Of a stretch of 64,000 nt of DNA, positions 36,938 through 47,281 are shown piece by piece. The notes under the pieces are model-generated. The model did no database searches. It worked only from the letters and a program-made list of their open reading frames with translations, and was not told the DNA's origin. Source of the stretch: Eubacteriales bacterium (lineage in GTDB: Bacteria; Bacillota; Clostridia; Oscillospirales; CAG-382); the NCBI GenBank assembly GCA_045535465.1, contig JAZSLS010000016.1, forward strand, positions 270 through 64,269, given 5' to 3'. A program made the position numbers and the translations under genes. Positions within the stretch are counted from its first letter, which is position 1. Every line of letters starts with the position of its first letter.

Positions 36938-38788
36938 TTACTTCCCGTAAAGCTTATACCAAGTAATAAAGCATATAATAACCCACAGGTGATGATATAA
37001 ATCCCGTTTGCCCTTGCGGTGCTCCTCCAAAAGCTTTAGCGCCTCGGCAGTGTTTATGTAATCCGTAGCGGTATTGCCCTTGATTATAGCCCTTGCCCAG
37101 TCGTACAGCTCATCCTTAAGCCAAACACGTACAGGCACAGGGTAGCCCAGCTTGGGACGTACTATGGTTTCGGCATTAAGCAGGTCACGGAAGGTGTCAC
37201 GCAGGATAAACTTGGTAGTGCCGTCCTTAAGCTTTTCACCGTCCAACAGGTCTGCCGCCGCCGCAAACACCTCTTTGTCAAGGAAAGGCACCCTTGCCTC
37301 CAAGGAGCTTGCCATACTAAGCCTATCGCCCTTAACAAGAATATCGGAGGGCAGCCAGGTATTAAAATCACAGTGCTGCATACGAAGCAGCTCGCTATAG
37401 CCTCTGTCGTTAGCCTCTTTATATATGTGGGCTGTGCGGTCTGTATAATGCACAGAGCTGTCGTAGGGAACGTACAGCTTTTTCTTTTCCTTTTCGTTAA
37501 ACACAAAGCTGTTGCCCACAAAGCGCTTTTCCAGCGGAACGCAGCCTCGGTAAATAAGGTTTTTGCCCTTTACACCGTCGGGAAGTATGCGTGACATAGT
37601 GTAAAGCACACTCTTAAGAAAGGAAGGCAAACGGCGAAGGGATGCAGAAGAGCGAGAGGTATCGTAAATACGATAGCCCGCAAAAATTTCGTCACTGCCC
37701 TCACCGCTAAGCACCACCTTAACGTGCCTTGCCGCCTCACGGCTGATAAGATAGATAGCCACTACTGATGGGTCTCCCACGGGGCCGTCAAGGTGATATA
37801 TGGTTTTTTCAAAATTCTCTGTAAAATCGTCAATGGTACATTCCAGCTTAACGTGGTTAATGTCAAGGTGAGAGGATATTGCCGCCGCATCAGCTATTTC
37901 GGAATAGCCCCTTACGTTAAAGCCCACGGTAAACGCCTTTATACCGGGCTGAAGCTTTGCGGCAACGGCGGTGATAACCGCACTGTCTATACCGCTGGAA
38001 AGAAAGCTTCCCAAAGGCACGTCGCTTAGCATATGGTGAGCAACACTGTCCTCAACGGCTTCTCTAAGCCTTTTTTGCTTGGCGGCGTAGCCTACCTGCA
38101 TATTAGGGCGGAAAACAGGACGCCAATAGCAGCGCATTTCTCTTTCCTTGCCCTTAAGAAGCATATAGTGCCCTTTAGGAAGGATGGAAATGTCCCCCGT
38201 TATGGTATCGGGCTCGGTAACGTACTGAAAGGTAAGGTAATGCTGTGCCTGCACCTTGTCTACCTTAAAGCCGTCGTAGCTGCCGTCATAGCGGTACGCC
38301 TTAAGCTCGCTGGAGAAAACCACGCCCTCTGCCGTATCACGGTAGTAAAGCGGCTTAATGCCAAAGGGGTCACGGGCGGCAAGAAGAGTGCCCTCCTCCT
38401 TATCGTATATAAGAAAGGCAAACATACCCCTAAGCATTTCCACAAAGTCTGCCCCATATAGGCTGTAAAGCCTAAGCATAACCTCAACCTCGCTGTTGCC
38501 CTCAAAGACCTGACCCTCGTTTTCAAGCTTCTCTTTAAGCTCAAGATAATTGTATATCTCGCCGTTGTATACCACGGTGTATCTGCCGTTTTTCTCGGTA
38601 TAAGGCTGAGCGCCCCCGGCAAGGTCAATAATAGAAAGCCTGCGAAAGCCAAAAACAGCCTTTTCGCCTTCAAAAAGGCCGCTGTCATCGGGCCCACGGT
38701 GACGTATAGACTCAGACATAGCCGTTACGCTTTTAACGTCTGCCGCTGACACCACGTTGTATTTGTATATACCGGCAAAGCCGCACAT
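36938..38788 (-). CDS. asnB: asparagine synthase (glutamine-hydrolysing)
   Basis: Ntn nucleophile MCGFAG. PP-loop SSGIDSAV. 616 aa. Confidence 0.92.
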   Translation of the reverse strand: MCGFAGIYKYNVVSAADVKSVTAMSESIRHRGPDDSGLFEGEKAVFGFRRLSIIDLAGGAQPYTEKNGRYTVVYNGEIYNYLELKEKLENEGQVFEGNSEVEVMLRLYSLYGADFVEMLRGMFAFLIYDKEEGTLLAARDPFGIKPLYYRDTAEGVVFSSELKAYRYDGSYDGFKVDKVQAQHYLTFQYVTEPDTITGDISILPKGHYMLLKGKEREMRCYWRPVFRPNMQVGYAAKQKRLREAVEDSVAHHMLSDVPLGSFLSSGIDSAVITAVAAKLQPGIKAFTVGFNVRGYSEIADAAAISSHLDINHVKLECTIDDFTENFEKTIYHLDGPVGDPSVVAIYLISREAARHVKVVLSGEGSDEIFAGYRIYDTSRSSASLRRLPSFLKSVLYTMSRILPDGVKGKNLIYRGCVPLEKRFVGNSFVFNEKEKKKLYVPYDSSVHYTDRTAHIYKEANDRGYSELLRMQHCDFNTWLPSDILVKGDRLSMASSLEARVPFLDKEVFAAAADLLDGEKLKDGTTKFILRDTFRDLLNAETIVRPKLGYPVPVRVWLKDELYDWARAIIKGNTATDYINTAEALKLLEEHRKGKRDLYHHLWVIICFITWYKLYGK

Positions 38789-38804
38789 AGCATTTCCCCC
38801 TAAA

Positions 38805-40007
38805 TTATAGCCTTCTTCTTAGCTTTATCTCTCCGATAACCGAGGTTGCAACCCAAACTATTACCGCTATCCACACGCCGAAGCAAATAAGGCGGGCAAG
38901 ATGCACCCAATAGTTTGCCCAAAGGGCATAGACTATGCCAAGCACGAAAAAAGCTACGTAAAATAATCTGGTTATATAAAAATAAGCGTCAATTTCCCAG
39001 TCAATTGCCTTTTTAACACGGCCCGTTATGCCGTTTTCGCCCAAAAAAACTGCCACAACAGAGCCAACAGCAAGGAGTATTGACTCTACCGCACCGTTTA
39101 ACAAGGGCAAATGTGCCGCCAAGGCTTGCAACAAAACCGCCGCCCCAACTATAATAAGGGGCGTTTTGTTTTTACCGTCTGCTCGCCAAAGGGCAAGCAA
39201 TATAAGCAGGCTGCCCACCCAAGCGGGTAGTATTGCCCTACCGTCTGCATAAAAACCAAACTGAAGCACACAGCCTGCCACAAGGCAGATAAGGGCAAAC
39301 TTTACGTCCAAAAACAGCTCCTGCAAAGGGTTTGCTTCCAAAAACTGACCGTATCGTTTTTCAAGAGAGTCCTTAAACAAAGCGTCCTTTTTTACACCTT
39401 TAAAGAAGGTGAAGGAAACCTTAAGCCACCACACGCCAAGGAAAAGGCTTGCCGTGGAAAGAAGCATCCTTGCATAGTAGCGGTACAAAAGAAGCTGGCG
39501 TGCCGTTACCCAAGGGATATCGTCGGGGTTTTCCCTTACCACCTGCTGAGGTAAAGCAAGTACCTCCGGCAGGATAGCTGCGCCGACACGAAGAATAAAA
39601 AACAGTATCCAAAGCCTTTTTACACGGTCAACCTCGCCCAAAACGTTCTCGCTGTCACTTCGCTGAGCAATATAGCCAATGCCGCCGAAAAAGCTTATGG
39701 AAAAATACACCAACGCAAAAAGCTCCACCACGCCGAGAATGGTAACAAGGCTTAATATCCAAGTCTCGTCCATATCAAACATAGAAAACATAAGAGCAGT
39801 TCGCACACCGCTTATGGCGGCAAGATAAAAGATAAGCCTTCTGGCGTTTTCAAGACGCTCGTCCAGCATAGCTATCTCCGTAAGCGCAGTGCCTATAAGC
39901 AAAGCACCTATAAAGTCCGGCAGAACGTCCACCAGACTTACCACAGGGTTGAACAAGAACACTATACCCACCAAGAAAAGCGGGCTGTAAAAGCGTTTAA
40001 GCCGCAT
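38805..40007 (-). CDS. polytopic membrane protein, unknown function
   Basis: 400 aa with about 10 hydrophobic segments. N-terminal motif NPVVSLVDVLPDFIGALLIG. Its start shares one nucleotide with the stop codon of the upstream gene. Confidence 0.6.
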   Translation of the reverse strand: MRLKRFYSPLFLVGIVFLFNPVVSLVDVLPDFIGALLIGTALTEIAMLDERLENARRLIFYLAAISGVRTALMFSMFDMDETWILSLVTILGVVELFALVYFSISFFGGIGYIAQRSDSENVLGEVDRVKRLWILFFILRVGAAILPEVLALPQQVVRENPDDIPWVTARQLLLYRYYARMLLSTASLFLGVWWLKVSFTFFKGVKKDALFKDSLEKRYGQFLEANPLQELFLDVKFALICLVAGCVLQFGFYADGRAILPAWVGSLLILLALWRADGKNKTPLIIVGAAVLLQALAAHLPLLNGAVESILLAVGSVVAVFLGENGITGRVKKAIDWEIDAYFYITRLFYVAFFVLGIVYALWANYWVHLARLICFGVWIAVIVWVATSVIGEIKLRRRL

Positions 40008-40624
40008 TATTCCTTCTCCTCGTCCTGCTTTTTCTTCAAAAGCTTTTTGCGTTCGATAGTTTCTATCTCCTTATCAATTATCTCCTGTTCACGCTTTGCC
40101 CTTGCCTTGGTGGTAATGGTGGTAAAGCAGGTGAAAAGCAAAAGGGCGTTAAGAAAAGGCACAAGAAATTTACCTATAACAATCATTGCGCCCGTAGTAC
40201 CGTCCGTACCCGTAAAGCCAAGCACCGCATAGGCTGCGTAGTAAAAGGCGGAAAGGTAAGGTGTTGCCTTGGCACGAAGGGCAAAAATATTTGCCCCGCC
40301 TTCTTGTGCTATTCTGGCTGTGCTGCCGCAGTAGGAAAAACAAATTACTGCGGAAAGAAGGGCCACTGTGGCGCCCTTTACACCCAAAAGCAGCTTAGGC
40401 GCATCAGGCAGGCCGAAAACGGTAAGAAAGGTGTAGGTGTCAACAACAGCGGGAAGTGCCGCCACCGCCGCAGCAAAGGCGGCAACACGGTAGCCTTTAT
40501 AGCCCGTAAGCTCGCTGCTTACCTTATAAAAGCCCAACGCCATAAGGGCAAAGCCCAAAAAGCTAAGCCCTATAGCGTCCATCATTTGTAATATAAAACC
40601 TAAAAAGCAAAGACCGAAGCCCAT
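40007..40624 (-). CDS. polytopic membrane protein with a Lys/Glu-rich tail, unknown function
   Basis: 205 aa with 5-6 hydrophobic segments and a C-terminal KREQEIIDKEIETIERKKLLKKKQDEEKE. It starts 3 nt after the secA stop. Confidence 0.6.
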   Translation of the reverse strand: MGFGLCFLGFILQMMDAIGLSFLGFALMALGFYKVSSELTGYKGYRVAAFAAAVAALPAVVDTYTFLTVFGLPDAPKLLLGVKGATVALLSAVICFSYCGSTARIAQEGGANIFALRAKATPYLSAFYYAAYAVLGFTGTDGTTGAMIVIGKFLVPFLNALLLFTCFTTITTKARAKREQEIIDKEIETIERKKLLKKKQDEEKE

Positions 40625-40627
40625 TAT

Positions 40628-43387
40628 TTATTTCCCCTCGCTGTCTGTGTTACCCATACAGCATTTTTTAAATTTTTTGCCGCTGCCGCAAGGACAAGGG
40701 TCGTTAGGACCTGCTTTTTCTTCTTTCTTCTTAACCACGGTGCGTTTTATAACGGGCTTTTCGCCTGTCTGAACAGCGTCGCCCTTAAGCACCTGAGTAC
40801 GCTCCACAGGCTGGCTGGGACGGGGACGAATGGTAAGAAGCTTACGAACAGTGCCCTCACGTATCTCGCCTATCATATGGTCAAACATATTGCCGCCTTC
40901 AAGCCTGTACTCGGTTATAGGCTTATGCTGAGCATAGGAACGAAGCCCTATGCCCTCCTTAAGGTCGTCCATATCCTCTATGTGACCCATCCAGTTGCGG
41001 TCAACGTTTTCAAGAAGCACTACCCTTTCCAGCTCACGGAACACATCGGGAGTAAAGCGCTCCTCCTGCTCGGCATAAAGGGTGCTTGCCCTCTCCACCA
41101 GCATATCGTGCAGCTCCTCCGCGTCAAGCCTGTCCAGCTCTTCCTCGGTGTAACGGAAATCCTCCTCGGTACAAAGTATGCCAAGGAAAGCTTGACGAAG
41201 AGCGTCAAACTGCCAATCACGGGCGGTTTCGCCCTGAGTATATCTGCCAAGAATACCGTCAACGTAGTCGTCAAACATAGCGGTAACGGTGTCACGCAGG
41301 TTTTTACCGTCAAGAACCTCACGGCGCTGCTTATAAATTACCTCACGGTGCTGGTTCATAACGTCGTCGTATTCAAGAACGTGCTTACGGCGCTCAAAGT
41401 TGTTGCCCTCAAGGCGAAGCTGTGCGTTTTCAATAGAACCGGAAAGCAAACGGGCATCAATGGGCGTATCCTCGTCCATACCCATCTTAGTAACCATACC
41501 CAGCACACGCTCTGCGCCGAAAAGACGCATAAGGTCATCCTGCATAGAGAGGAAGAAACGGCTTTCACCGGGGTCACCCTGTCTGCCTGCACGGCCTCTG
41601 AGCTGGTTGTCTATACGGCGGCTTTCGTGCCTTTCCGTACCAAGGATATAAAGACCGCCTGCTTCTCTTACCTTTTCTGCCTCTTCCTTGGTAACAACCT
41701 CGGCTTCCGCAACGTAGGCGGCATATTTTTCTCTTATCTCAAGCACTTCCTCGTCCACGCCCGAAGCAAAGCCTGTGGCTTCAAAAATCTTTGCCTCGTC
41801 GTAGCCTTCTTTTCTAAGACGCTCCTTAGCGATATAGTCTGCGTTACCGCCAAGCATAATATCCGTACCACGGCCTGCCATATTGGTGGAAATGGTAACG
41901 GCGCCAAGCTTACCGGCCTGCGCTACTATCTCCGCTTCCTTTTCGTGGTGCTTTGCGTTAAGAACCGTGTGGGGCACCCCTGTTCTTGAAAGAAGGGTGG
42001 ACAAAACCTCACTCTTTTCAACCGAAACGGTACCAACCAAAACGGGCTGGCCCTTTTCGTGACAGTCCTGTATCTGCTTGATTATTGCCTTATATTTGCC
42101 CTGAACGGTGGTATAAACCACGTCGTTTTGGTCAAGACGGATAAGAGGCTTATTGGTGGGTATCTCCACCACGTCAAGACCGTAAATCTCCGCAAACTCA
42201 TCAGCCTCGGTAAGAGCAGTACCTGTCATACCCGAAAGCTTTGTGTAAAGGCGGAAATAGTTTTGGAAGGTGATAGTAGCCATAGTCTTGTTCTCACGCT
42301 CTATCTTAACGCCTTCCTTTGCCTCCAGCGCCTGATGCAAGCCGTTGGAGTAACGTCTGCCGTGCATAACACGGCCCGTAAAGCTGTCAACTATAAGCAC
42401 AGCCCCATCCTTAACAAGATAGTCCACGTCACGCTGCATAACGCCACGGGCACGTATTGCGTTATTAAGATGGTGCATAAGGGTGTTGTTTTCGGGGTCG
42501 CCCAGGTTTTCCACACCAAAATGCTTTTCCGCCTTGGCAATACCCTTTTCGGTAAGAACAGCGGTGCGTGCCTTTTCATCAACTATATAGTCTGCATCTA
42601 TGTCCGTCTGGTCTTCCTTAGCGTCTATCTCCTTTATACGAAGCACACGCAGCTTTCTTACAAACTCATCCGCCTTTTCATAAAGAGGGTCGCTTTCGTC
42701 CCCTGCGCCGGAAATGATAAGAGGGGTACGTGCCTCGTCAATAAGAATGCTGTCCACCTCGTCCACAATGGCAAAGGCGTGTCCGCGCTGAACGGTGCGA
42801 TGCTTGTAAACCGCCATATTGTCACGAAGATAGTCAAAGCCCAGCTCGTTATTTGTGCCGTAGGTAATATCGGCATTATACGCCTTTTGACGCTCGTCCG
42901 TTTTAAGGCCGTTAACTATAAGACCAACGGTAAGACCCATAAAACGGAAGATGCTGCCCATCCACTCACTGTCACGCTTGGCAAGATAGTCGTTAACCGT
43001 AACTATATGCACACCGTTACCCGCAAGGGCGTTAAGGTAAGCGGGAAGGGTAGCCACAAGGGTTTTACCTTCACCGGTTTTCATCTCTGCAATTCTGCCC
43101 TGATGGATAATAATGCCGCCTATAAGCTGTACACGGTAGTGACGCTTGCCGAGAACACGGGTGGATGCCTCCCTTACTGCGGCAAAAGCATCGGGCAGTA
43201 TATCGTCAAGGGTTTCGCCCTTAGCCAAACGGTCTTTTAAAACACCCGTCTGGGAAGACAAGGTTGCGTCATCCATAGCGGAATATTTATCAGCAAGAGC
43301 TTCTATTTTATCAACCAGCGGAAGAATTTTCTTTACCTGTCTTTCGCTGTAAGTACCAAAAATTTTTGTTATTAAAGACATAGCCAA
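40628..43387 (-). CDS. secA: preprotein translocase ATPase SecA
   Basis: 919 aa. DEAD-like motor motifs (MKTGEGKT, DEVDSILIDEA) and the C-terminal zinc finger CPCGSGKKFKKCC. Confidence 0.97.
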   Translation of the reverse strand: MAMSLITKIFGTYSERQVKKILPLVDKIEALADKYSAMDDATLSSQTGVLKDRLAKGETLDDILPDAFAAVREASTRVLGKRHYRVQLIGGIIIHQGRIAEMKTGEGKTLVATLPAYLNALAGNGVHIVTVNDYLAKRDSEWMGSIFRFMGLTVGLIVNGLKTDERQKAYNADITYGTNNELGFDYLRDNMAVYKHRTVQRGHAFAIVDEVDSILIDEARTPLIISGAGDESDPLYEKADEFVRKLRVLRIKEIDAKEDQTDIDADYIVDEKARTAVLTEKGIAKAEKHFGVENLGDPENNTLMHHLNNAIRARGVMQRDVDYLVKDGAVLIVDSFTGRVMHGRRYSNGLHQALEAKEGVKIERENKTMATITFQNYFRLYTKLSGMTGTALTEADEFAEIYGLDVVEIPTNKPLIRLDQNDVVYTTVQGKYKAIIKQIQDCHEKGQPVLVGTVSVEKSEVLSTLLSRTGVPHTVLNAKHHEKEAEIVAQAGKLGAVTISTNMAGRGTDIMLGGNADYIAKERLRKEGYDEAKIFEATGFASGVDEEVLEIREKYAAYVAEAEVVTKEEAEKVREAGGLYILGTERHESRRIDNQLRGRAGRQGDPGESRFFLSMQDDLMRLFGAERVLGMVTKMGMDEDTPIDARLLSGSIENAQLRLEGNNFERRKHVLEYDDVMNQHREVIYKQRREVLDGKNLRDTVTAMFDDYVDGILGRYTQGETARDWQFDALRQAFLGILCTEEDFRYTEEELDRLDAEELHDMLVERASTLYAEQEERFTPDVFRELERVVLLENVDRNWMGHIEDMDDLKEGIGLRSYAQHKPITEYRLEGGNMFDHMIGEIREGTVRKLLTIRPRPSQPVERTQVLKGDAVQTGEKPVIKRTVVKKKEEKAGPNDPCPCGSGKKFKKCCMGNTDSEGK

Positions 43388-43525
43388 ATTTCCCCTTATG
43401 TGTATTAAGCCTATTATACTATAAATTTTCCCAAATTAAAAGCGTTTTGCAAAAAAATAATTGCAATAATTAAAAAAACTATTATAATATACTTGGTATA
43501 TTTTGATTTTAAAGGTTGTTTATCT

Positions 43526-44029
43526 ATGAAAAACGTAAACGTGGTTCTTTTGGAGCCTGAGATACCCGAAAACACAGGCAACATCTCCCGCACCTGCGCC
43601 GCCACCAACAGCGCACTGCACCTCATACGCCCGCTGGGCTTTGACACAAGCAGCAAGCGCCTTAAAAGGGCAGGGCTGGACTATTGGCAGTACCTTGACC
43701 TTACTTATTACGATAACTGGGCTCACTTCACTCAAAGCGTCGGAGACGTGCCTATATACTTCTTTTCCACCAAGGCAAAGTATTGTTACACAGATGTAGA
43801 TTTCCCCGCAGGCTCTTTTCTTGTTTTCGGCAAGGAAACGGCGGGTATACCCGAGGAGATACTTAAGGCAAACGAGGAGCGTTGCGTGCGCATACCGATG
43901 TACAGCGACCTTAGAAGCCTTAACCTTTCCAACAGCGTGGCTATTGCCGTGTACGAGGCTTTGCGCCAGCAGGGCTTTGATAAGCTTAACCTTAAGGGCA
44001 AGCTTTTTACCAAGGAGGACGAGGAATGA
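43526..44029 (+). CDS. trmL: tRNA (cytidine/uridine-2'-O)-methyltransferase TrmL (SpoU family)
   Basis: ATG at 43526. LLEPEIPENTGNISRTC, GKETAGIP and SLNLSNSVAIAVYEAL parallel E. coli TrmL (YibK). Confidence 0.85.
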   Translation: MKNVNVVLLEPEIPENTGNISRTCAATNSALHLIRPLGFDTSSKRLKRAGLDYWQYLDLTYYDNWAHFTQSVGDVPIYFFSTKAKYCYTDVDFPAGSFLVFGKETAGIPEEILKANEERCVRIPMYSDLRSLNLSNSVAIAVYEALRQQGFDKLNLKGKLFTKEDEE

Positions 44030-45387
44030 AAACCATTAGCGCAATAAGTACTCCCCACGGCGTGGGCGCTGTATCTATGATACGCCTTTCGGGGGACGAT
44101 GCTGTGGAAATAGCTGAAAGGGTCTTCCGTCCTATGGGCGGTAAAGCCTTGTCGGCATATAAGGCAAGGGAAAGCGTTTACGGTGTTTTTCACGATGCAG
44201 ACGGTGACTTTGACGACGGGCTTGTTACCTTTTATACCGCCCCTAACTCCTACACGGGCGAAAACGTTGTGGAGCTTATGTGCCACGGCGGCGTGCTGGG
44301 CACACGCAGGCTTCTTACTGCAACACTTTGGGCAGGAGCAACACCTGCGGCAGCGGGCGAATACACAAAACGTGCCTTTATAAACGGTAAGCTTAGCCTT
44401 TCTCAAGCGGAGGCTGTAGGTGCATTGATAGAGGCAAAGACCGATGCCTGCTTGGGCGTTGGAATCCGCCAGCTTGGCGGTGCGCTGTCGAAAAGGATAA
44501 ACGGCTGTTTTGAAAAGCTGCTTACCCTCACTTCCTCGGTTTACGCTTACATTGACTACCCCGAGGAGGATATGACCGACCTTAGCGCAGAGGAGCTTAA
44601 AACGGAGCTTTATGCGCTTAAAGCCACTCTTACAGCGCTTAAGGACAGCTATCGCTACGGTAAAGCCATAAGCGAGGGCGTAAAATGCGCCATTGTGGGC
44701 TGTCCCAACGTGGGCAAAAGCTCCGTGCTTAATATGCTTATCGGTGAGGACCGTGCCATAGTTACGCCCATAGCGGGGACTACCCGTGACGTGGTGACGG
44801 AAACCGTTCGTGTGGGAGAGGTTCTTCTTCGACTTTCCGATACGGCAGGCATCCGTGAAAGCTTTGACGAAATAGAAAGCCTTGGTATAGAGCGCAGCAT
44901 TAAAAGTATAGACGAGGCAGAGCTTGTTCTTGCGGTCTTTGACGGCAGCAAGGAAAAGGCGGATGCCGACGATGAGATAATAAATATGATAGCGGAAAAG
45001 GGCAAAACCGCCTTTACCGTAGGTATAGTTAACAAAAGCGACAAGGGTGCATCCTTTGACTACGCCTTGCCCTTCCCCTACGTTACCATTTCCGCTATGA
45101 CAGGCGATGGCGCAGAGGCGCTTAAGGAGAAGATACAAGCCCTTTATATGAGCGCAGAGGGGCTTGGGATGGGAGAAACCATTATAAACGCCCGTCAGCA
45201 CAGTGCGGTTTGCCGTGCTCTTGAGGGTGTGGCGGGCGCAGTTGCAGCCCTTGAAAACGGCTTTACACAGGACGTTGCGGGTTTTGATATGGAAGCGGCT
45301 ATGGCGGCACTGGCGGAGCTTGACGGCAGAAGCGTAAGCGAAGAAATAGTAAACGACATTTTTTCACGCTTTTGCGTAGGAAAATAA
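44026..45387 (+). CDS. mnmE: tRNA modification GTPase MnmE
   Basis: G-domain GCPNVGKSS, DTAGIR, and the C-terminal FCVGK motif. ATGA overlap with trmL. Confidence 0.95.
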   Translation: MKTISAISTPHGVGAVSMIRLSGDDAVEIAERVFRPMGGKALSAYKARESVYGVFHDADGDFDDGLVTFYTAPNSYTGENVVELMCHGGVLGTRRLLTATLWAGATPAAAGEYTKRAFINGKLSLSQAEAVGALIEAKTDACLGVGIRQLGGALSKRINGCFEKLLTLTSSVYAYIDYPEEDMTDLSAEELKTELYALKATLTALKDSYRYGKAISEGVKCAIVGCPNVGKSSVLNMLIGEDRAIVTPIAGTTRDVVTETVRVGEVLLRLSDTAGIRESFDEIESLGIERSIKSIDEAELVLAVFDGSKEKADADDEIINMIAEKGKTAFTVGIVNKSDKGASFDYALPFPYVTISAMTGDGAEALKEKIQALYMSAEGLGMGETIINARQHSAVCRALEGVAGAVAALENGFTQDVAGFDMEAAMAALAELDGRSVSEEIVNDIFSRFCVGK

Positions 45388-45403
45388 AAAAGGATGATGA
45401 ACG

Positions 45404-47281
45404 ATGTTAAAATATAAGGCAGGCGAGCTTGACGTTGCGGTAATAGGCGCAGGTCACGCAGGAATAGAGGCGGCGTTGGCGGCAGCCCGTATGGGGCTTA
45501 GCTCCGCTTTGTTTACCCTTTCCCTTGACTTGGTGGGCAATATGCCCTGTAACCCCTCCATAGGCGGTACAGGCAAGGGGCATTTGGTGTACGAGATAAC
45601 CGCCCTTGGCGGTGAAATGGGCTACGGAGCAGACAAGGTTATGCTTCAAAGCCGTATGCTTAACCTTAGCAAAGGCCCTGCTGTACACTCGTTGCGTATG
45701 CAGTCTGACAGGCGTGCGTACCAAAGCTATATGAAAAAGGTGCTGGAGGAAACGGAAAACCTTTCTCTTATTCAAGCGGAGGTAGTGGAAATTTGCGTGG
45801 AAAACGGCGCCGTAACAGGGGTTGTTACCGCTTTTGGCGGCTTTTTTGCGGCTAAGGCTGTTGTTATTGCCACAGGCACGTCCCTTGGCGGTAAGATAAT
45901 AGTAGGTGAACACGCCTACGACTCCGGCCCCGATAACACCAAGGCGGCAAACGCCCTTACGGAAAGCCTTCTTTCCATAGGCGTGCCTCTGCGCCGTTTT
46001 AAAACGGGTACTCCTGCCCGCATCCACAAGGACAGCATTAATTTTGATATCCTTGAGGAGCAGACGGGCGACGTACCGCCTACCTATTTTACCGTGGACG
46101 GTGAGAAGAGCGAGGGCGGTATGAACTGCCACATAACCTATACAAACGGCGAAACCCACAGGATTATAAGAGAAAACCTGCACAGAAGCCCCCTTTACGG
46201 CGGCGAAATAAAGGGTGTTGGCCCCCGTTACTGCCCCAGCATAGAGGACAAGGTGGTACGCTTTGCCGACAAGGAAAGACACCAAATATTTATCGAGCCT
46301 ATGGGTACGGATACTAAGGAAATGTACCTGCAGGGGCTTTCCTCGTCCTTGCCCGAGGAGGTGCAAAAGGAGCTTGTACACTCCATAAAGGGGCTTGAAA
46401 ACGCCGTATTTATGCGTACAGCCTACGCTATTGAATACGACTGCACAGACCCGACGGAGCTTCTTCCTACCTTGGAGTTTAAGAATATAAGCGGTCTTTA
46501 CGGGGCAGGTCAGTTTAACGGCAGCAGCGGCTATGAGGAAGCCGCCGCCCAAGGTCTTATGGCAGGCATCAATGCCGCACTTAAGATAAAAGGCAAGGAG
46601 CCCCTGGTGCTTAGCCGTGCCGAAAGCTACATAGGCACCCTTATCGATGACTTAGTTACCAAGGGCACAAACGAGCCTTACCGTATGATGACCTCCAGAA
46701 GCGAGTACCGTTTACTGCTTAGACAGGATAATGCCGAGGACAGACTTATAGAAAAAGGCTACGCTGTGGGCTTGGTAAAGGAAGAGCAGTACAAGCGTTA
46801 CCTTGCGGATAAAGAGGCTGTGGAGACAGAGATACTGCGTCTTAAGTCCGAAACCCAGTCAAAATGCGCCGCTTTGGATGAGCTTATGGTTAAAAACGGC
46901 TACGCACCCACCGAAGGCGGTATACGCAAGGCAGAGCTTATGCTTAGAAGCGGTGTTACCATAGACGATATATACGCCCTTGAGGGCAAAGAGTCCCCTC
47001 TTTGTCTAAGGCTTAAAAAGAGAGTGGAAACCGAGATAAAATACGCAGGGTATATAGAAAAGCAAAGGCGTGAGGTGGAGCGTTTTGCATCTATGGAAAG
47101 CAAGCAGATACCCGACGGTATTAACTACGGTAAAATAAAGGGCATACGCCTTGAGGCGGCGCAAAAGCTTGAAAGGTTCCGCCCGAGAAGCGTTGGTCAA
47201 GCATCCCGCATATCGGGCATAAGCCCTGCGGATATAAGCGTTTTGCTTGTATACCTTTCCCGTTACGGAGGAGAAGAATGA
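45404..47281 (+). CDS. mnmG: tRNA uridine 5-carboxymethylaminomethyl modification enzyme MnmG
   Basis: FAD site VIGAGHAGIEAA. 625 aa with the GidA pattern throughout. Confidence 0.97.
   Translation: MLKYKAGELDVAVIGAGHAGIEAALAAARMGLSSALFTLSLDLVGNMPCNPSIGGTGKGHLVYEITALGGEMGYGADKVMLQSRMLNLSKGPAVHSLRMQSDRRAYQSYMKKVLEETENLSLIQAEVVEICVENGAVTGVVTAFGGFFAAKAVVIATGTSLGGKIIVGEHAYDSGPDNTKAANALTESLLSIGVPLRRFKTGTPARIHKDSINFDILEEQTGDVPPTYFTVDGEKSEGGMNCHITYTNGETHRIIRENLHRSPLYGGEIKGVGPRYCPSIEDKVVRFADKERHQIFIEPMGTDTKEMYLQGLSSSLPEEVQKELVHSIKGLENAVFMRTAYAIEYDCTDPTELLPTLEFKNISGLYGAGQFNGSSGYEEAAAQGLMAGINAALKIKGKEPLVLSRAESYIGTLIDDLVTKGTNEPYRMMTSRSEYRLLLRQDNAEDRLIEKGYAVGLVKEEQYKRYLADKEAVETEILRLKSETQSKCAALDELMVKNGYAPTEGGIRKAELMLRSGVTIDDIYALEGKESPLCLRLKKRVETEIKYAGYIEKQRREVERFASMESKQIPDGINYGKIKGIRLEAAQKLERFRPRSVGQASRISGISPADISVLLVYLSRYGGEE

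Noticed and set aside
43786-45201. Very long antisense ORFs opposite housekeeping genes. Examples are 471 aa opposite mnmE, 381 aa at 45407-46552 opposite mnmG, 393 aa at 42059-43240 opposite secA, 394 aa at 9318-10502 opposite thrC, 397 aa at 26611-27804 opposite DUF1015/valS, and 384 aa at 10956-12110.
   Set aside because: The one I checked (9318-10502 versus thrC) is in the codon-aligned antisense register. In that register, stops arise only from sense TTA, CTA and TCA codons, which look rare here by eye (not counted). The translations are low-complexity and Cys/Arg/Lys-rich with no motifs, while the sense-strand genes are unambiguous. These are shadow ORFs.
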